64,000 bases of DNA from Eledone cirrhosa (GCA_964016885.1 OZ024743.1:188542001-188606000); one strand, 5' to 3'; positions 13,931 through 26,926 are shown, counted from the first letter of the stretch. The notes: generated from the letters alone by a model not told the origin. Made by a program: numbers and translations.

Positions 13931-14542
13931 GTGTTATGCAGTAATACAGACGACCCACTTTTCTATGTGCATGGGTTGAAGAATACATCTTGTATTTACT
14001 ATCCTCCCTCCTGTTTCCATATAACCCCCGCCTCCTATCTCTTCTTCCACGTCCTAACATAAACAATGTCTTAACCCGCCACCCTTCCTCCAGATCCCTC
14101 ACCCTTCACTAGATAAGTGCCCCACTTGAGATCTACTTCTTCCATCCCCAAGACGCCCCCCACACACACACACCAGCCTCCACATCACACTGTAAAGTGG
14201 ACATTTTGGTATCCTGGAAAAATGCGCCAGGCCACTCTGTAAAGTGGTCATGTAGGTGTCACAACAAAAAGTGCCCAGTCCACACTATAAAGTGGTCATA
14301 TAGGTGTCACAACAAAAGACTCCCATTTCACACTGTAAAGTGGTACTCTAGGTGTCATGTCAAAAATCATCCAGTCCTCACTGCAAATGTAGTTGGCATT
14401 AGGAAGGGCATCCAGCCATAGAAACAAAGCCAGAATCAGTTCTGTATGAGCAAGACTTGGTCAGCTAATCTTTTCTCAATGGGACAATTTGTCTAACCCA
14501 TGCATGCATGGACAAATTGATATTACATGGTGATGATGATGA

Positions 14543-14577
<35 letters not shown>

Positions 14578-14581
<4 letters not shown>

Positions 14582-15235
14582 GAAAAATTGAACAGGGACA
14601 GAACAGAGAGGCAGTACGATAAATGTTTATTAAATTCACGCTCAGGAGAGTGGGGGTAGGTGGGGGACGACGTTTCGGGCATAAGCCCTTCTTCAGGTGA
14701 GAAGTGTGTGGGAACAGAGTTCAAAAGGTGTGTAGGGGAGCGGTGGAGAGATATATAGCGAAAGGAAACGGTGCGAATGAAAAATTAACAAATAAAGACA
14801 AAAAATATAATAAATAAAAATAAAGCATGATCAAAATACAAGGAATGAGAGAATTTAAAAATAAAGGCATGATAAAAATAAACTGAAATTAAAAGGGGGG
14901 TAAACAGGTGGTGGAAGGGTGTGGGGTGAGTAGGGGTGGTGGCGGGTGGAGTGGGGAGAGGGAGACGGGGTGTCCGAGCGGGGAGGGCTGAAGGTGGTGT
15001 GTGTGGTTAGGTGTGCGTGTGTGTGTGTGTGTGTATGTGAAAGTGCGGGTTGGGGGAAGAACGGGGTTGCATGTTCAGGAAGGTGTGTGTGTGTGTGTGG
15101 GGGGGGGGGTCGGAGTGTCTGTGCGTGTGTGGATAGGGGGGGGAGAGGAATCAGGAGGCTGAGGGTGTAAATATGTGGTGGGAAGCACGTGTGTGTGGTT
15201 TAAGCGTGTTGTGGTGTGGGTGGCGTGTGATATAC
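14578..15235 (-). mobile_element. PLE-type 3' terminal region (pLTR) with HHR core, CA/CCA-rich, ending at (TA)n
   Basis: Minus strand CTGAAGA-AGGGCttatGCCC-GAAA-CGTCG-TC at 14666-14696, then AATAAA, then (TA)n at 14547-14578; local stem I not evident. Confidence 0.6.
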
Positions 15236-15247
15236 ATATATATATAC

Positions 15248-15727
15248 TTCGTTTTTGAATTTGATTTAAGATTTCTTATCTGAAAATGTGTGTTGAAACA
15301 GATATTGTTATACTTTGGTACTTTAGGAGGGTCATGCTGCCAATAAAAACACATGCACCTGTTGGTTTACACTTCAATTTATTATAAATTTCCGGTTGAT
15401 TGGTTGGTTGGTTCGATAACTGGAGGGTTGTTTATATGTTGTCAAAGCTCTTTCGTCACACATTCTGTGACCTCCTCAGTTACTGGGTTTTTATTTTGTG
15501 CCTCTTCTTTACTCTGTCCTACACAAAAACACGATGGATGGTGCAGGACAGAACAAGGGAGAGACACAGCATATAAACCCAGTCACTGAGGAGGTCAGAG
15601 AATGTGTGACAGGGCTTTGACACTATATAAACAACCAACCAAAAATTTATAATAAATTGAAGGGAAAACCAACAGGTGCATGTGTTTTTATTTGCTGCAT
15701 GACCATCTCAAAGTATAACAATATATA
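15248..15727. mobile_element. Fold-back of a PLE pLTR (arms about 15302-15525 and 15541-15725); same family as 29527-29683, 42727-42760, 43745-44240 and 63870-63946
   Basis: Inverted arms; minus-strand HHR-like GTAA-CTGAGGA-gGTCACAgaatgTGTGAC-GAAA-GAGC-TT-TGAC at 15441-15483; the right-arm copy has lost GAAA; shared terminus CATGACCCTCCCAAAGTATAACAATAT. Confidence 0.75.
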
Positions 15728-16789
15728 ACTGATTAGGGAATTTCAAGTTTCATTACTCCAGAAAATCAATACTTAGCACATCTCAACTTGTTATGATTTT
15801 TTAAAACATTCCCCTCTATCTTTATATCTGCATCATTAAATAATTTTTAAATATCTTAACATGTAACTCATGCTTTTTAGTCTCTAGTAATTACTTTCAT
15901 GGCTTTGTTATATTTCTTTTACCACTATCTAAAACATTTCTTGTGTTTTCTGCTATTTTGTTTTCTATGGCTTTTGCATTTTTTAATTTTGTCCAGGGCA
16001 TTTATTCTCTTCTTTATTAGGATTTCAAGAGTATTAAATTTGAATTATCCAACAGCTTATTCTGATACTTTAGTTTTGCTTCATTCATCTTTTTAATGTA
16101 TCATCACTGAACTATTTTATTCTGCTTGATTTCAGTTTCAATAATAATGATTTCGAATTTAGGAACAATGCCAGAAATTTGTGGCAGGGAAGAAAGTCAA
16201 TTATATCTATCAACTGAAGTACTTTGCTAGTACATTATTTTATCGACCTCTAAAGGATGAAAGACACATTTGACCTTGGTGAGATTTGAACTCAATGTAA
16301 AGAGCTGTATGATGCTGTAATGATTCTACCAGTCCAGCACTCTTAGTTTCAATGATAATTGTATTAGATACAGCTTTTTTGTATGCATGTTGTATAAAGT
16401 TATTGTGTTTTTCTAAATATCAATCTGTTTCTTTAAATGATAAATTTTGCAAACTCTGAAAATTAACAAATGTATGAAAATATGTAAGCATATGGACATA
16501 CATATCTTTAATGGAAAGCTATGTAAATATATCAAATTCCTTGGATATTTTCATATTCTGTCGTATTTTCATAACAAAAACAAATCACTATTATATATTC
16601 CTTTAAATATATTTTGTTAAACTTGCTAAGTTCTACGCAAAACTTCTAGTACCTATTTAAACTCTTAACCTCTGCTCCATCCCATCTTCTACCCCCTACC
16701 CATACATCATGCTGGTTCCTGCCCCCCCCCCTGCCTCTCTATACATATAAGATAAACCCTACCAAAATTAATCACAATCGCCAACTCGC

Positions 16790-19700
16790 TATTTCTGGGA
16801 TGGCTGTTCTTGCGGTATAAAGTAACGTTCAAATATTTTTCTCGATTCTTCTCTCCATTCGAATCCATTCATTCAATCACTATTCTATGTCCTAATTTCA
16901 CACTATATCATATTTTTTCTCGATTCTTCTCTCCATTCGAATCCATTCATTCAACCACTATTCTATGTCCTAATTTCACACTATCCCATCATCCCTCCCA
17001 CCCGCCCCCACGCACCACCATTATTACGTGGACCAATCATAAGTCAGAGGCCCATACCATCGCTTAACTTGTTGCTTTTCGATATGATGGATGGACTACG
17101 GAATTCTGGAGAGTTGAAGAGAGAAAAATGTGGACGCTCAGCGACAATGCCAAAGATAAAGACAAATTCACCTCGTGGACGAGAATGCAAGCACTCCGCC
17201 TTGTTTCGGCCCAGGATGGCTAACATAACCCCCCCCCCCGCGCCCCACCGCTCCCACCCTCCAAACGCAATCCAAAACTTCATAGTTGGTACCATGAATG
17301 TAGGCACCTTAAAGGGTCGCTCTAACGAGGTTGTAGAAATGCTTGAACGTAAGGAGGTCGATGTTTGTTGTATTCAAGAGACCAGGTGGAGGGGAGGGTC
17401 GGCTAGATTCATCGTGGGTAAAGAACGATGCTATAAGCTTTTCTGGGTGGGAAATGACAATGGGTTGGGTGGGGTAGGAATCATGGTAGCAGAAAAGTGG
17501 GCAGATAAGATAATAGACGTAAATAGAGTGAACGACAGAATAATTAAAATAAGACTTGTCCTCAATAAAACTACGGTGACAGTAATATCTGCGTACGCAC
17601 CACAATCCGGACTGCCCGGTGCTATAAAAGACAGATTCTACGAGACACTGATGCTCGCTACCTCCCAAATAATCGACAGTGACTATATAGTTATTGCAGG
17701 CGACCTAAATGGTCACGTTGGACAACATTGTGACGGCTATGACGGAATCCATGGAGGCTATGGGTTCGGTACTAGAAATGAGGAAGGCTCCAGAATCCTG
17801 GAATTCTGCGACGCAAATAACTTAACTATCTGTAACACTAACTTCAAAAAACGAGACAATCACTTGATCACCTATAGATCCGGGGAACACACAAGCCAGG
17901 TAGATTATATCCTTACCAGAAGACATGACAGAGTGTCTGTTGTTAACACTAAATCCCTCCCCCATGAAGAATTCACCTCCCAACACAGACTGATAATTAG
18001 CGACCTCATAGTCAGGACGAGACGTACTAGACAGCGGAAGAGGACTATCCTCAGGAGAAAAATATGGAAGCTAAAGGACCCCATAGCCAGAAATAAATTT
18101 CAAAGCATATTACTTGACGCTTTCGACAGTAAGGAAGAGCAATTAGAGTCGTATAATATAGAGGAACAGTGGGAATTCCTGAGAGCAAACCTGCTGACGG
18201 CGGCAGACGAAGTCTGTGGCTGGAGCAGGCCTATAGGTAGGAGGAGAGTAACATGGTGGTGGAACAGTAAGGTGGAGGAGTCAATTAAGGCCAAAAAGCA
18301 GGCTTGGAAAGCATGGCGGGATGGGGGAAGTAGAGAAGACTATCAAGTGGCCAGGAAGGAAGCTAGGAGACAAGTGTACTTCGCGAGAAGGGAAGCAGAG
18401 GAAAGAAAGTTCAAGCATGTTCTACAACGTGAGGACCAAAAACGTGAGGTGTTCAGGATTGCCAGGCAATGTGTCAAGGAAAACCGTGATATTGTCGGGG
18501 AGAAGTGTGTACTTAACGATGATGGCATACTTGCCATCACCGACGCTGATAAGAAGGTAGCTTGGAAGTGTCACTACGAAAGGCTTCTAAATGAGGAGAA
18601 CAAATGGGAGAAAGACAGTCTCCCCCACATCGACCCAATAGAGGGACCAGCAGTGTTAGTCCAGGGTAGTACAATAAGCAAGGCAATCAAAGATATGAAG
18701 ACGGGTAAGGCGGCTGGTCCTTTGGAAATAGTTGCTGAGATGCTGAAGGCATCTGGTTCAGTGGGACACACCATGGTCACCCGGATAGTTAACCAAGTCG
18801 TACAGAATGGGGTTGTTCCGAAGGACTGGCGTAGCAGCATCATCGTTAACTGCTATAAGGGAAAAGGAGATGCCCTAGATAGGAGTAACTATAGAGGCAT
18901 TAAATTAATCGACCAGGTCATGAAGGTCACGGAAAAAGTAATAGCGCAACTAATCAGAGAGAGAATTGATCTAGATGAAATGCAGTTCGGATCTGTGTCA
19001 GGCAAAAGTACCACAGACGCTCTTTTCATTGTACGACAACTACAGGAGAAGTACCTAGCTAAAAGTAAACCCCTATACTTAGCTTTCGTCGACTTGGAGA
19101 AAGCCTTTGACAGAGTCCCCCGTTCCATTATCTGGTGGTCTCTTAGAAAACTAGGTGTTGACGAATGGCTTGTGAGAGCTATACAAGCCATGTATAAAGA
19201 AACAGTCAGTAAGGTTAGAATTAACAACGAATATAGTGAAGAGTTTAGCGTAAAAGTTGGTGTCCATCAGGGCTCTGTTCTTAGCCCCCTACTATTTATT
19301 ATTGCCCTTCAGGCTATAACAGAGGAATTCAAGACCGGCTGCCCATGGGAACTCCTATACGCAGATGATCTAACGCTCATAGCTGAATCAATGACCGAAC
19401 AAGAGAAGCAATTCCAAACATGGAAGCACGGCCTAGAATCAAAAGGCCTTAAAATTAACCTGGCTAAGACTAAAGTTCTAGTTTGTAGGAAAGAAAATAA
19501 GGCGGCAGTCCCATCTGGGAAATGGCCATGCTCAGTGTGTAGGAAAGGCGTAGGTAGAAACTCCATTTTATGTCCCAAATGCAAAGTATGGGTGCATAAA
19601 AGATGTAGTGGGATCACAGGTAAGCTAACTAAGAACATAGATTTTACATGTGGCCGGTGCTCTGGTGCAATAAGTAGCAGCAAGTGCCCACAAAATACTA

Positions 19701-20820
19701 GCTCCCTCAACTGCGCAGAGGGTTCTATAGAAATAGTGGACAGCTTCCGTTACCTGGGTGACAAAATCAGCAGTGGGGGAGGTTGCTCTGAAAGTACAGT
19801 AGCTAGAGTCAGAACTGGATGGAAAAAGTTCAGAGAGCTTATACCACTATTAGCCGCTAGAGGGTTCTCCCTAAAAATGAAAGGCAGGTTATACGATGCC
19901 TGCATACGAACAGCAATGCTGCATGGCAGTGAGACCTGGGCATTGTGTGCAGAGGATATACGCAGACTAGAGAGGAACGAAGCTTGCATGCTCCGCTGGA
20001 TGTGCAATAGTAATATACGTGAACGGCAAAGCATAAACGAACTAAGGAAAAAATTAGAAATAAGAGGGATCAGATGTTGTTTACTCGAGAGAAGGCTACG
20101 TTGGTACGGTCACGTGATGCGCATGAAAGACGACAGCTGTATAACAAAGTGCAGGGCAATAAAGAAAGACGGTAGCCACGGAGTAGGCAGACCCAGAAAA
20201 ACATGGGACGAGCTGATAAATTCCGACCTCACACGCTTACACCTCTCCAAGACAATGTCACTGGACCGAGACCTTTGGCGGTACTCAGTAATAGAGAAGA
20301 CCCACCTTACCTAAATACAAAGTAAAACCTACTACAGTCAGTAGGCATCTCTATCAAACCCCCCCCCCCTCGTCCCACCACCTCCACCCCATCCACACCG
20401 CCCCTTTCAATGTAAAGTTATGTTGGTCCCACAACATCCAGGCCGAAACAAATGAGATCGTGTAGGTGTCACGACAAAAAAACACACAATCCACGCTGTA
20501 AATGTGGCCGTGTAGGCAACACGGTAAAAACCTCCCAGCCCCACACTGTAAATGTGGTTGGTGTTAGGAAGGGCATCCAGCTGTAGAAAACCCGCCAGAC
20601 AGTCCACGCTGTAATGTGGCCGTGTAGGCAACACGGTAAAAACCTCCCAGCCCCACACTGTAAATGTGGTTGGTGTTAGGAAGGGCATCCAACTGTAGAA
20701 AACCCGCCAGACAGTCCTATGCGAGCAAGACAACCACTCTTGCCTCAAGTGGGAAAACCCCCGTCCAAACCCATGCAAGCGTGGAACACGGACGCTAAAC
20801 CTGATGATGATCATGGTCAT
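16790..20820 (+). mobile_element. Near full-length RTE-clade LINE (subfamily A); 5' boundary approximate
   Basis: Single long ORF, about 500-nt 3' UTR ending CCCATGCAAGCGTGGAACACGGACGCTAAACCTGATGATGATCATG; about 79-bp tandem duplication in 5' UTR (about 16835-16985) and about 119-bp tandem duplication in 3' UTR (about 20490-20716); no TSD found. Confidence 0.9.
17069..20314 (+). CDS. RTE LINE polyprotein: APE endonuclease, reverse transcriptase, internal PHD-type zinc finger
   Basis: APE motifs VGTMNVGTL, CCIQETRW, SAYAPQ, AGDLNGHVG, VDYIL, SQHRLI; RT motifs NYRGIKL, AFVDLEKAFDRVP, GVHQGSVLSPLLF, LYADDL, FRYLG; RTE C-terminus RRLRWYGHVMRM..GRPRKTW; real start more likely an ATG at 17147 or 17216. 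Confidence 0.95.
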   Translation: MLLFDMMDGLRNSGELKREKCGRSATMPKIKTNSPRGRECKHSALFRPRMANITPPPAPHRSHPPNAIQNFIVGTMNVGTLKGRSNEVVEMLERKEVDVCCIQETRWRGGSARFIVGKERCYKLFWVGNDNGLGGVGIMVAEKWADKIIDVNRVNDRIIKIRLVLNKTTVTVISAYAPQSGLPGAIKDRFYETLMLATSQIIDSDYIVIAGDLNGHVGQHCDGYDGIHGGYGFGTRNEEGSRILEFCDANNLTICNTNFKKRDNHLITYRSGEHTSQVDYILTRRHDRVSVVNTKSLPHEEFTSQHRLIISDLIVRTRRTRQRKRTILRRKIWKLKDPIARNKFQSILLDAFDSKEEQLESYNIEEQWEFLRANLLTAADEVCGWSRPIGRRRVTWWWNSKVEESIKAKKQAWKAWRDGGSREDYQVARKEARRQVYFARREAEERKFKHVLQREDQKREVFRIARQCVKENRDIVGEKCVLNDDGILAITDADKKVAWKCHYERLLNEENKWEKDSLPHIDPIEGPAVLVQGSTISKAIKDMKTGKAAGPLEIVAEMLKASGSVGHTMVTRIVNQVVQNGVVPKDWRSSIIVNCYKGKGDALDRSNYRGIKLIDQVMKVTEKVIAQLIRERIDLDEMQFGSVSGKSTTDALFIVRQLQEKYLAKSKPLYLAFVDLEKAFDRVPRSIIWWSLRKLGVDEWLVRAIQAMYKETVSKVRINNEYSEEFSVKVGVHQGSVLSPLLFIIALQAITEEFKTGCPWELLYADDLTLIAESMTEQEKQFQTWKHGLESKGLKINLAKTKVLVCRKENKAAVPSGKWPCSVCRKGVGRNSILCPKCKVWVHKRCSGITGKLTKNIDFTCGRCSGAISSSKCPQNTSSLNCAEGSIEIVDSFRYLGDKISSGGGCSESTVARVRTGWKKFRELIPLLAARGFSLKMKGRLYDACIRTAMLHGSETWALCAEDIRRLERNEACMLRWMCNSNIRERQSINELRKKLEIRGIRCCLLERRLRWYGHVMRMKDDSCITKCRAIKKDGSHGVGRPRKTWDELINSDLTRLHLSKTMSLDRDLWRYSVIEKTHLT

Positions 20821-22965
20821 TAAAATGTATGTTGAAATAAATTTATGAGTGCTTTTTCTTAAGAATATATGAGAGCATAAAGTACACCTGCAAAATATAG
20901 TAGTAAGAGAAATGAAAATATCTCATTATCCTTTATTTGCATTGCAGTTTACTAAGAAGAGGTTTATCTTTAAACATATACAAGAAGTAAGTGAAAGGGT
21001 AATCTAACTTATTGAGATTTTATTCATTGCTAATTTTAGAATTAAATCTATATACTTGACTCACCTTCCTGAGAGTTTAACAATACTCTATAGCACAAAA
21101 GGTTGACATTATGCACTATTGAACAATTTTTAAATTCTACAACATGTGCACTTCCATTCTAAACTATGTCAACAATAAAAGCCATCTTCTCATGATAAAC
21201 ATCTTTTACAGATAAAGCTGTTTCTTCTATCCAAAGTATATTACTATCACCTTCAAAATTAAAAACATATTCTACAATGTACATTTTGTGTATTGAAGGA
21301 GTTTTAGTTCTTTCTTGAATGGAGCCAGTTTCTTTTCCATATATTTAACAATTAAACCAAAGTTTAATACTTCATCTGCAACACCCAAGACAACAAATAA
21401 CACCATTAAAAATAATTGTAAATAGAGTAAACATATTTTTCTTATTTAAAATTTGATAAAATGTAAATGAAATCTTGTTTCATATAAATCTAATCTAATC
21501 TGGCTGAGTTTACACTCATAAATAAGAAGAACCAGAGCCACCACAAGCATTGGATTTGGTGTACTTCATATTTGTTTTAGTTGGGGGTCACTGCTTCTCC
21601 TGAAGGTCAATAGTTCTCTTCTAACTTGAGTGGAAGTGCCTTTCCATTGTCAATTTGTATTTGCAATTGTATTTGCAAAGCCGCATTGTTCTCAGAACTG
21701 CTACACCTGTCTTTCGATGTGTGCAGCTGGAACTACAGCCACCCATTGATTTGGCAGGATTTTTTTTTTTAGATGGCCATTGACTCTTATGAGTTCTTCC
21801 ACCCTTTGTCAGATTTTGTTTTTTGTCCTGCAGGGTGTCCAAAAGTAAACTTGGTGGGATTGCCGGTTTAGTCGCCAATGACCAGACCATGTGACAGGTT
21901 GTATTGGATTACATGCTACCAGTAGCACTCACGAGTAAGCCGACACAAGGGTCAGTAAAGTAAAATCAAAATAAGTTCTAAATTCAATTTTTGGATGATG
22001 GAATCAGTTTAAACATATTTAATTTCCTATTCTATCTAATTTTTCTCTATTTGCTTGTGTGTGTTGTCAGTGGTCAGTTTTATTTTTACTATTTTATACT
22101 TTCCAGAAAATTTAACTAATACAATATGGATAATTTATATTCAGAATTTTATTTGATTTGATCTAAGCACAGAATTGCCTCACCTCTTGAAATTCTTCAC
22201 ATTTCACTTTTGATATTTGTATTTTGTTTTGCTAATATTTCTTCTTTTATTAATATACTTCTTGACGCTGAATGTATTCGCAGGGGCCTCGCTATGATAC
22301 AAGGTGAGTCTTAGACATTTTAAACCTGTCAATGCATATCTCTAAACAGGTTATATTAAAATGAAAATATTTATTTAGTCCTAAATCTTAGAAGCATCAC
22401 ACCCATATGAAAAACAGGATTTATATAGCTAGAGATGTTATTTCAGCATTTAATTTGACTTAGTTAATTCAAAGCTTTTGCGTCTACTCATGTTGATAAC
22501 AACAAAGGTACTTTGAACAGCATCACTACTACAATTATCATTATCAAAATCACAAGTAAAATAATAATTATTTTCACCATTAATTATATTTATATTATCC
22601 TTTCTTCCTTCTCAACAATATAAGCAATATGAATAACACAACATAAGCCTATTAAGATATAACATTGCACTTAGTGAATAAATCAGTGCTTTAAAAATCA
22701 GTTGGCAAACAATTTCACATACAGACAAAAAGATTACACACACATATATTGTATCTTTTCCAGCTTGTCCAAGAAATATATAAATATCAAATAAAAACAA
22801 ATAAAAACTTTTTTAAATTATAAGAAACATCTCAATGCATTAATTTCTATAATTTATGAAATGAATTTAATATTCTATATAGAATTCTGAAGAATCTTTC
22901 ATTTAATCACTTATCAAATGTTCAGGTTTGTTTTATTCGTATGATTTTATATATATATATATATA

Positions 22966-23742
22966 AATAGTAGACACTTTCCGTTACCTGGGTGACGAAA
23001 TCAGCAGTGGTGGAGGGTGTTCTGAAAGTACAGTAGCCAGAGTCAGAATGGGATGGAAAAAGTTCAGAGAGCTTATACCGCTGTTAAATGAACTAAGTGA
23101 GAAATTGGGAATAAGAGGGATCAGATGCTGTTTACTTGAGAGAAGACTACGTTGGTATGGTCACGTGATGCGCATGAAAGACGACAGCTGTATAAAAAAG
23201 TGCAGGGCGATCAAAATTGATGGTAGTTACGGAATAGGTAGACCCAGAAAAACCTGGGATGATCTGATAAATTCCGACCTTACACACTTACATCTCTCTA
23301 AGACAATGTCTCTGGACCGAGATCTTTGGCGCTACGCAGTAATACAGATGACCTGCCTTGCCTATGTACAAAGCGAAACCTACAGTCAGTAAGCACCTCT
23401 TAACCAAATATACACCCGAATCCACTACCCCTACCCTATCCTCCCACTCCCACCAACAGCATGAGATAATGAGGTCGAGATCATGTAGGTGTCACGACAA
23501 AAAACACACAGTCCACGCTGTAATGAAGCCGTGTAGGTAACACAGTAAAAAGTTCCCAGTTCCACACTATAAATGTGGTTGGTGTTAGGAAGGGCATCCA
23601 TCCATAGAAAAGCTGCTAGATAGTCCTATATGAGCGAGACACGGTCACCCGACCAACCTTGCCTCAAGTGGGACAACTCCAGTCTAACCCATGCTAGTGT
23701 GGAAAATGGACGTTAAACGAAAATGATGATGATGATGATGAT
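22966..23742 (+). mobile_element. 5'-truncated, internally deleted RTE subfamily A with (ATG)n tail; a second tail at about 23868-23982
   Basis: ORF 23048-23392 matches the RTE C-terminus; 3' UTR homologous to 20315-20820. Confidence 0.9.
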
Positions 23743-23989
23743 ATATAACAAAGTGAGGTTTCACATTAAGGTCTTTTTTAATTCCACACAGTTATGACTG
23801 TTTCACAGGTGGGTGGCTCAATTCTATAGATACGATTCCAGCCCAATCTGCTCATGATTAGAGACACTTCCATATGAGCAAGACACAGTCTCCCGACCAC
23901 TCCCGCATCAAATGGAACAAAACTGTCTAACTCATGCTAGCATGGAAGATGAACGTTAAATGATGATGATGATGATGATGATATATATA

Positions 23990-24540
23990 TATTGCCTGGG
24001 GGGCGTATTGTAAATGATGAGAACTTCAGAAAGCCAGTACAGTGCGGTAGAAATATATAAAGGTGGTTTGGGGCATAGGATGACAAATAAAACAAAACAA
24101 AATAATGATGTTTTTACCCTGTATATTTTATCAGGATATTTATTTTGAAATAGAAATTTAAAATATGCTAAATTTTTTAACTGGTTAGAATATGGAGCAG
24201 TCATTTGTGACCACTGTGTGTTGATAATTAAATTTTCTTTAATTCTTAGATTCCCCACATCCCTTTCCACCGCTTCTATGACGACCTCAAAGTGGCATTT
24301 GTCATAGTGTTTCTTGACAAGGGAAGCTCTCATTGTTATGTGCTTCTTGGTCCATATCTGTAACACCCAGACAATGCTTCCAGTATATAAGGAGTCACAT
24401 TGTCTACATGTGACACTGTAGATCATAATTGATTTGCACATGATAAAAATGTTGCATGTAGGCTCGTCCAAAGAAATATTTGGAGGGCGGTTCCGACTTG
24501 CTTTATTGTGGTGTTTCATGGATTAGGCATGGATTATTCC
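23990..24540 (-). pseudogene. Decayed PLE GIY-YIG endonuclease fragment
   Basis: CKSIMIYSVTCRQCDSLYTGS...KKHITMRASLVKKH...LRIKENLII resembles CxxxxIYxxxCxxC..YIG..H..H..E of CCHH-type PLE endonucleases. Confidence 0.65.
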
Positions 24541-25544
24541 CCCACACACATTTATTCTTCTTTATTTTAGACCTGTGTTATCTGCAGTCTTATTTATTAT
24601 ATAAATTGTAATAAATTATTTGTATGATAAAATTTATTGAATACATTTTTGTTTCATTTCCTAGCATTGGTTTATTTTATTTTATTTTATTTTGTCATAC
24701 ACATGTTTATACTGTGTATATTACTATGCTAATGTAATTATGTTCTTTCTATTACTTGTCCATGTCTATATGATATTTGATTTCGTTTTACATATTCACC
24801 CATATTGTTTGTATAGTATATGATTTGCAATAGAATAGAATATCATCGAGTGAATTCAAATCTTCATTACCAGTCACTGGTTATTGTGAATGAAGCAGCT
24901 TGGCAGACTTATTATAACATTAGATGAATGCCTTGCTTTCTGAGTTCAAATACGATTGAAGTTAACATTGCTTTTTCTCCTTCTGTGATGGATAAAGTAC
25001 CAGTCTAAAGTAGTGAACTGACTTGTCTAGTTTGGTGAATTGGCAGAATCATTAACATATCAGACAGGATGCCCTGTGATATTTTTCTGGCTCTTTGCAT
25101 TTTAAGTTCAAATCCCAAAATGTCACTTGGGTATCTTAAGAGAGTCCACTATGTAGCAAGCACTTAAGCTAGGTCTTCTATTCAAGTATTCCATCTGCCT
25201 TACCTCTTACCAGCCTCTTCTTCCTTAGAAATATTGACATCTGTTGTTGCTAGTGTTCTTGCCCCATAGCTCATTGTGACCAGTTAGGATTAAATGTGTA
25301 CCCGTTAATTAACGATGACAATCAAGTTCTACTTTCAATTCTTACACCAACTTCCAGAATAAAATAATTCTTTACACAAGTGTATATGTGTGTATGCACA
25401 CATGTGTCTCTGAGTTTTGTCTGGGTAGTTTTTGTGTTGTGAATGTTGTATGTAGTTACTTTTTCATGTTTTCTATGACATTTTAGTGAAAACTCTATGG
25501 GAAATTTCAAACTTCAGTAGATTTTTTTCCTTTTGTAATTCAAA

Positions 25545-25820
25545 GGTTTCAAGCAGGGCAAATCCCTCATTTGGGGCATGACATGCAGTGGTTCGTTCTC
25601 TGCCTCCAACCTTATCGCTTCAACCACAGATCTGGGCTCCACTGCCCGTAATGCAGAGGAGAGGAAGATAGTCAAATACTCGAGCTGGTTACGACCTTTG
25701 GCATCCTTGGACTCCTCACTACTGATTTCTTCAATAAAGTTGGAAACACAGTGGCCTGCTTACATTGGGTGTCTCTGGCCATTCTCCATAGTAATGCTTT
25801 TGCCATTTTATCCATAGGGC
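25545..25820 (+). pseudogene. CRE-clade non-LTR retrotransposon 3' fragment (RLE domain)
   Basis: FKQGKSLIWGMTCSGSFSASNL..STARNAEERKIVKY and terminal VSLAILHSNAFA resemble CRE W..GK.L.WD.TC..AE..K..KY and LS.A.QRGNA. Confidence 0.6.
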
Positions 25821-26926
25821 ACAGCTGAGGCACCACTCAGACTGGGGTGTAGGGAGTGTTTCCCTCCCCCTTTCTTTCAATGATTGATCCCTATTTCCTT
25901 TTCTGTCTCAGCTTTTCATTTCCATTTATTTCCCATTAACAGTGTGTTTTGTTTTTCTTAGATACTACTCAATATGTACTTGTAGTTTATATTGATTAAT
26001 ATACTGATGTATTTGAAAAAAATAATTATATAAACATTTCTAATTTTGAGGAAAAAAAAGTAACTCATATATTTTTACACTGACCTTTAGAAATAAAAAT
26101 TATTAAATATTTTGAATACCTTTTGATAATTTGTCATATGAATTTTTTTTAATATATATTTTTTGTCATATATTTCAGTGCTGAAATTATCTATAAGCAA
26201 AATAAGTTATAGCTTAGGGCTACACACTCTCGGGGCCTCATTTCAAAAAAATATAATTATATTTTATCATTAGTTTTTATTCTTTAACACTAAATCATCA
26301 AAATTTATATATACATGGTGTCCCAAAGGAATGTATACACACTTTGAGTACCTGTACAGGCACTATTTATTAGCATGGTGTATACGATTTTTCGTATTAT
26401 ATTCTTTATCATTAACATTAATAAAAAAAATAATAATAATTATATTTTCTTTTTAGAGAAGGGCCTCAAATTTCATATAGATTAGGGTCTCAGCAGGTGA
26501 AAGCCCAGCTCTGATATATTTGAACAGATAAATATCTCAATATATTAAAGCTTAAATGTTGATGTTCATTGTTAGTTTATTTTTACTTTATTTATTCATG
26601 TATTAACTCCAGCAGTAGTAGATTATATTGAGTCATTGATAGTGCTCTCTTGTGAAAGTTAATCATGGATGTTGTAACTAGTTATAATATTAGAAAGATA
26701 AGCCACCATGGAGTCAATAGGTATGATTTGTGAAATTTGCCTGATATTTCTAACAGGTTGATTGACCACATAGACAAGTTTTGGCTCAGTTGTAACGAAA
26801 TTGATGCTACTTGACCTTCTAAATATATGACAATGCCAGTCAAAGAATTAGAAAATTAGAATGGTTTAAATATAAGTTAGGAACATTTGCATTGAAGCAG
26901 GATTATGAGTCACTTTTATTGGTTTG

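Noticed and set aside
23785-23862. Decayed hammerhead on the minus strand (TCATGA-GCAG...CTGT-GAAA-CAGTCA-TA)
   Set aside because: First core box is broken and stem I does not pair; too degenerate to call.
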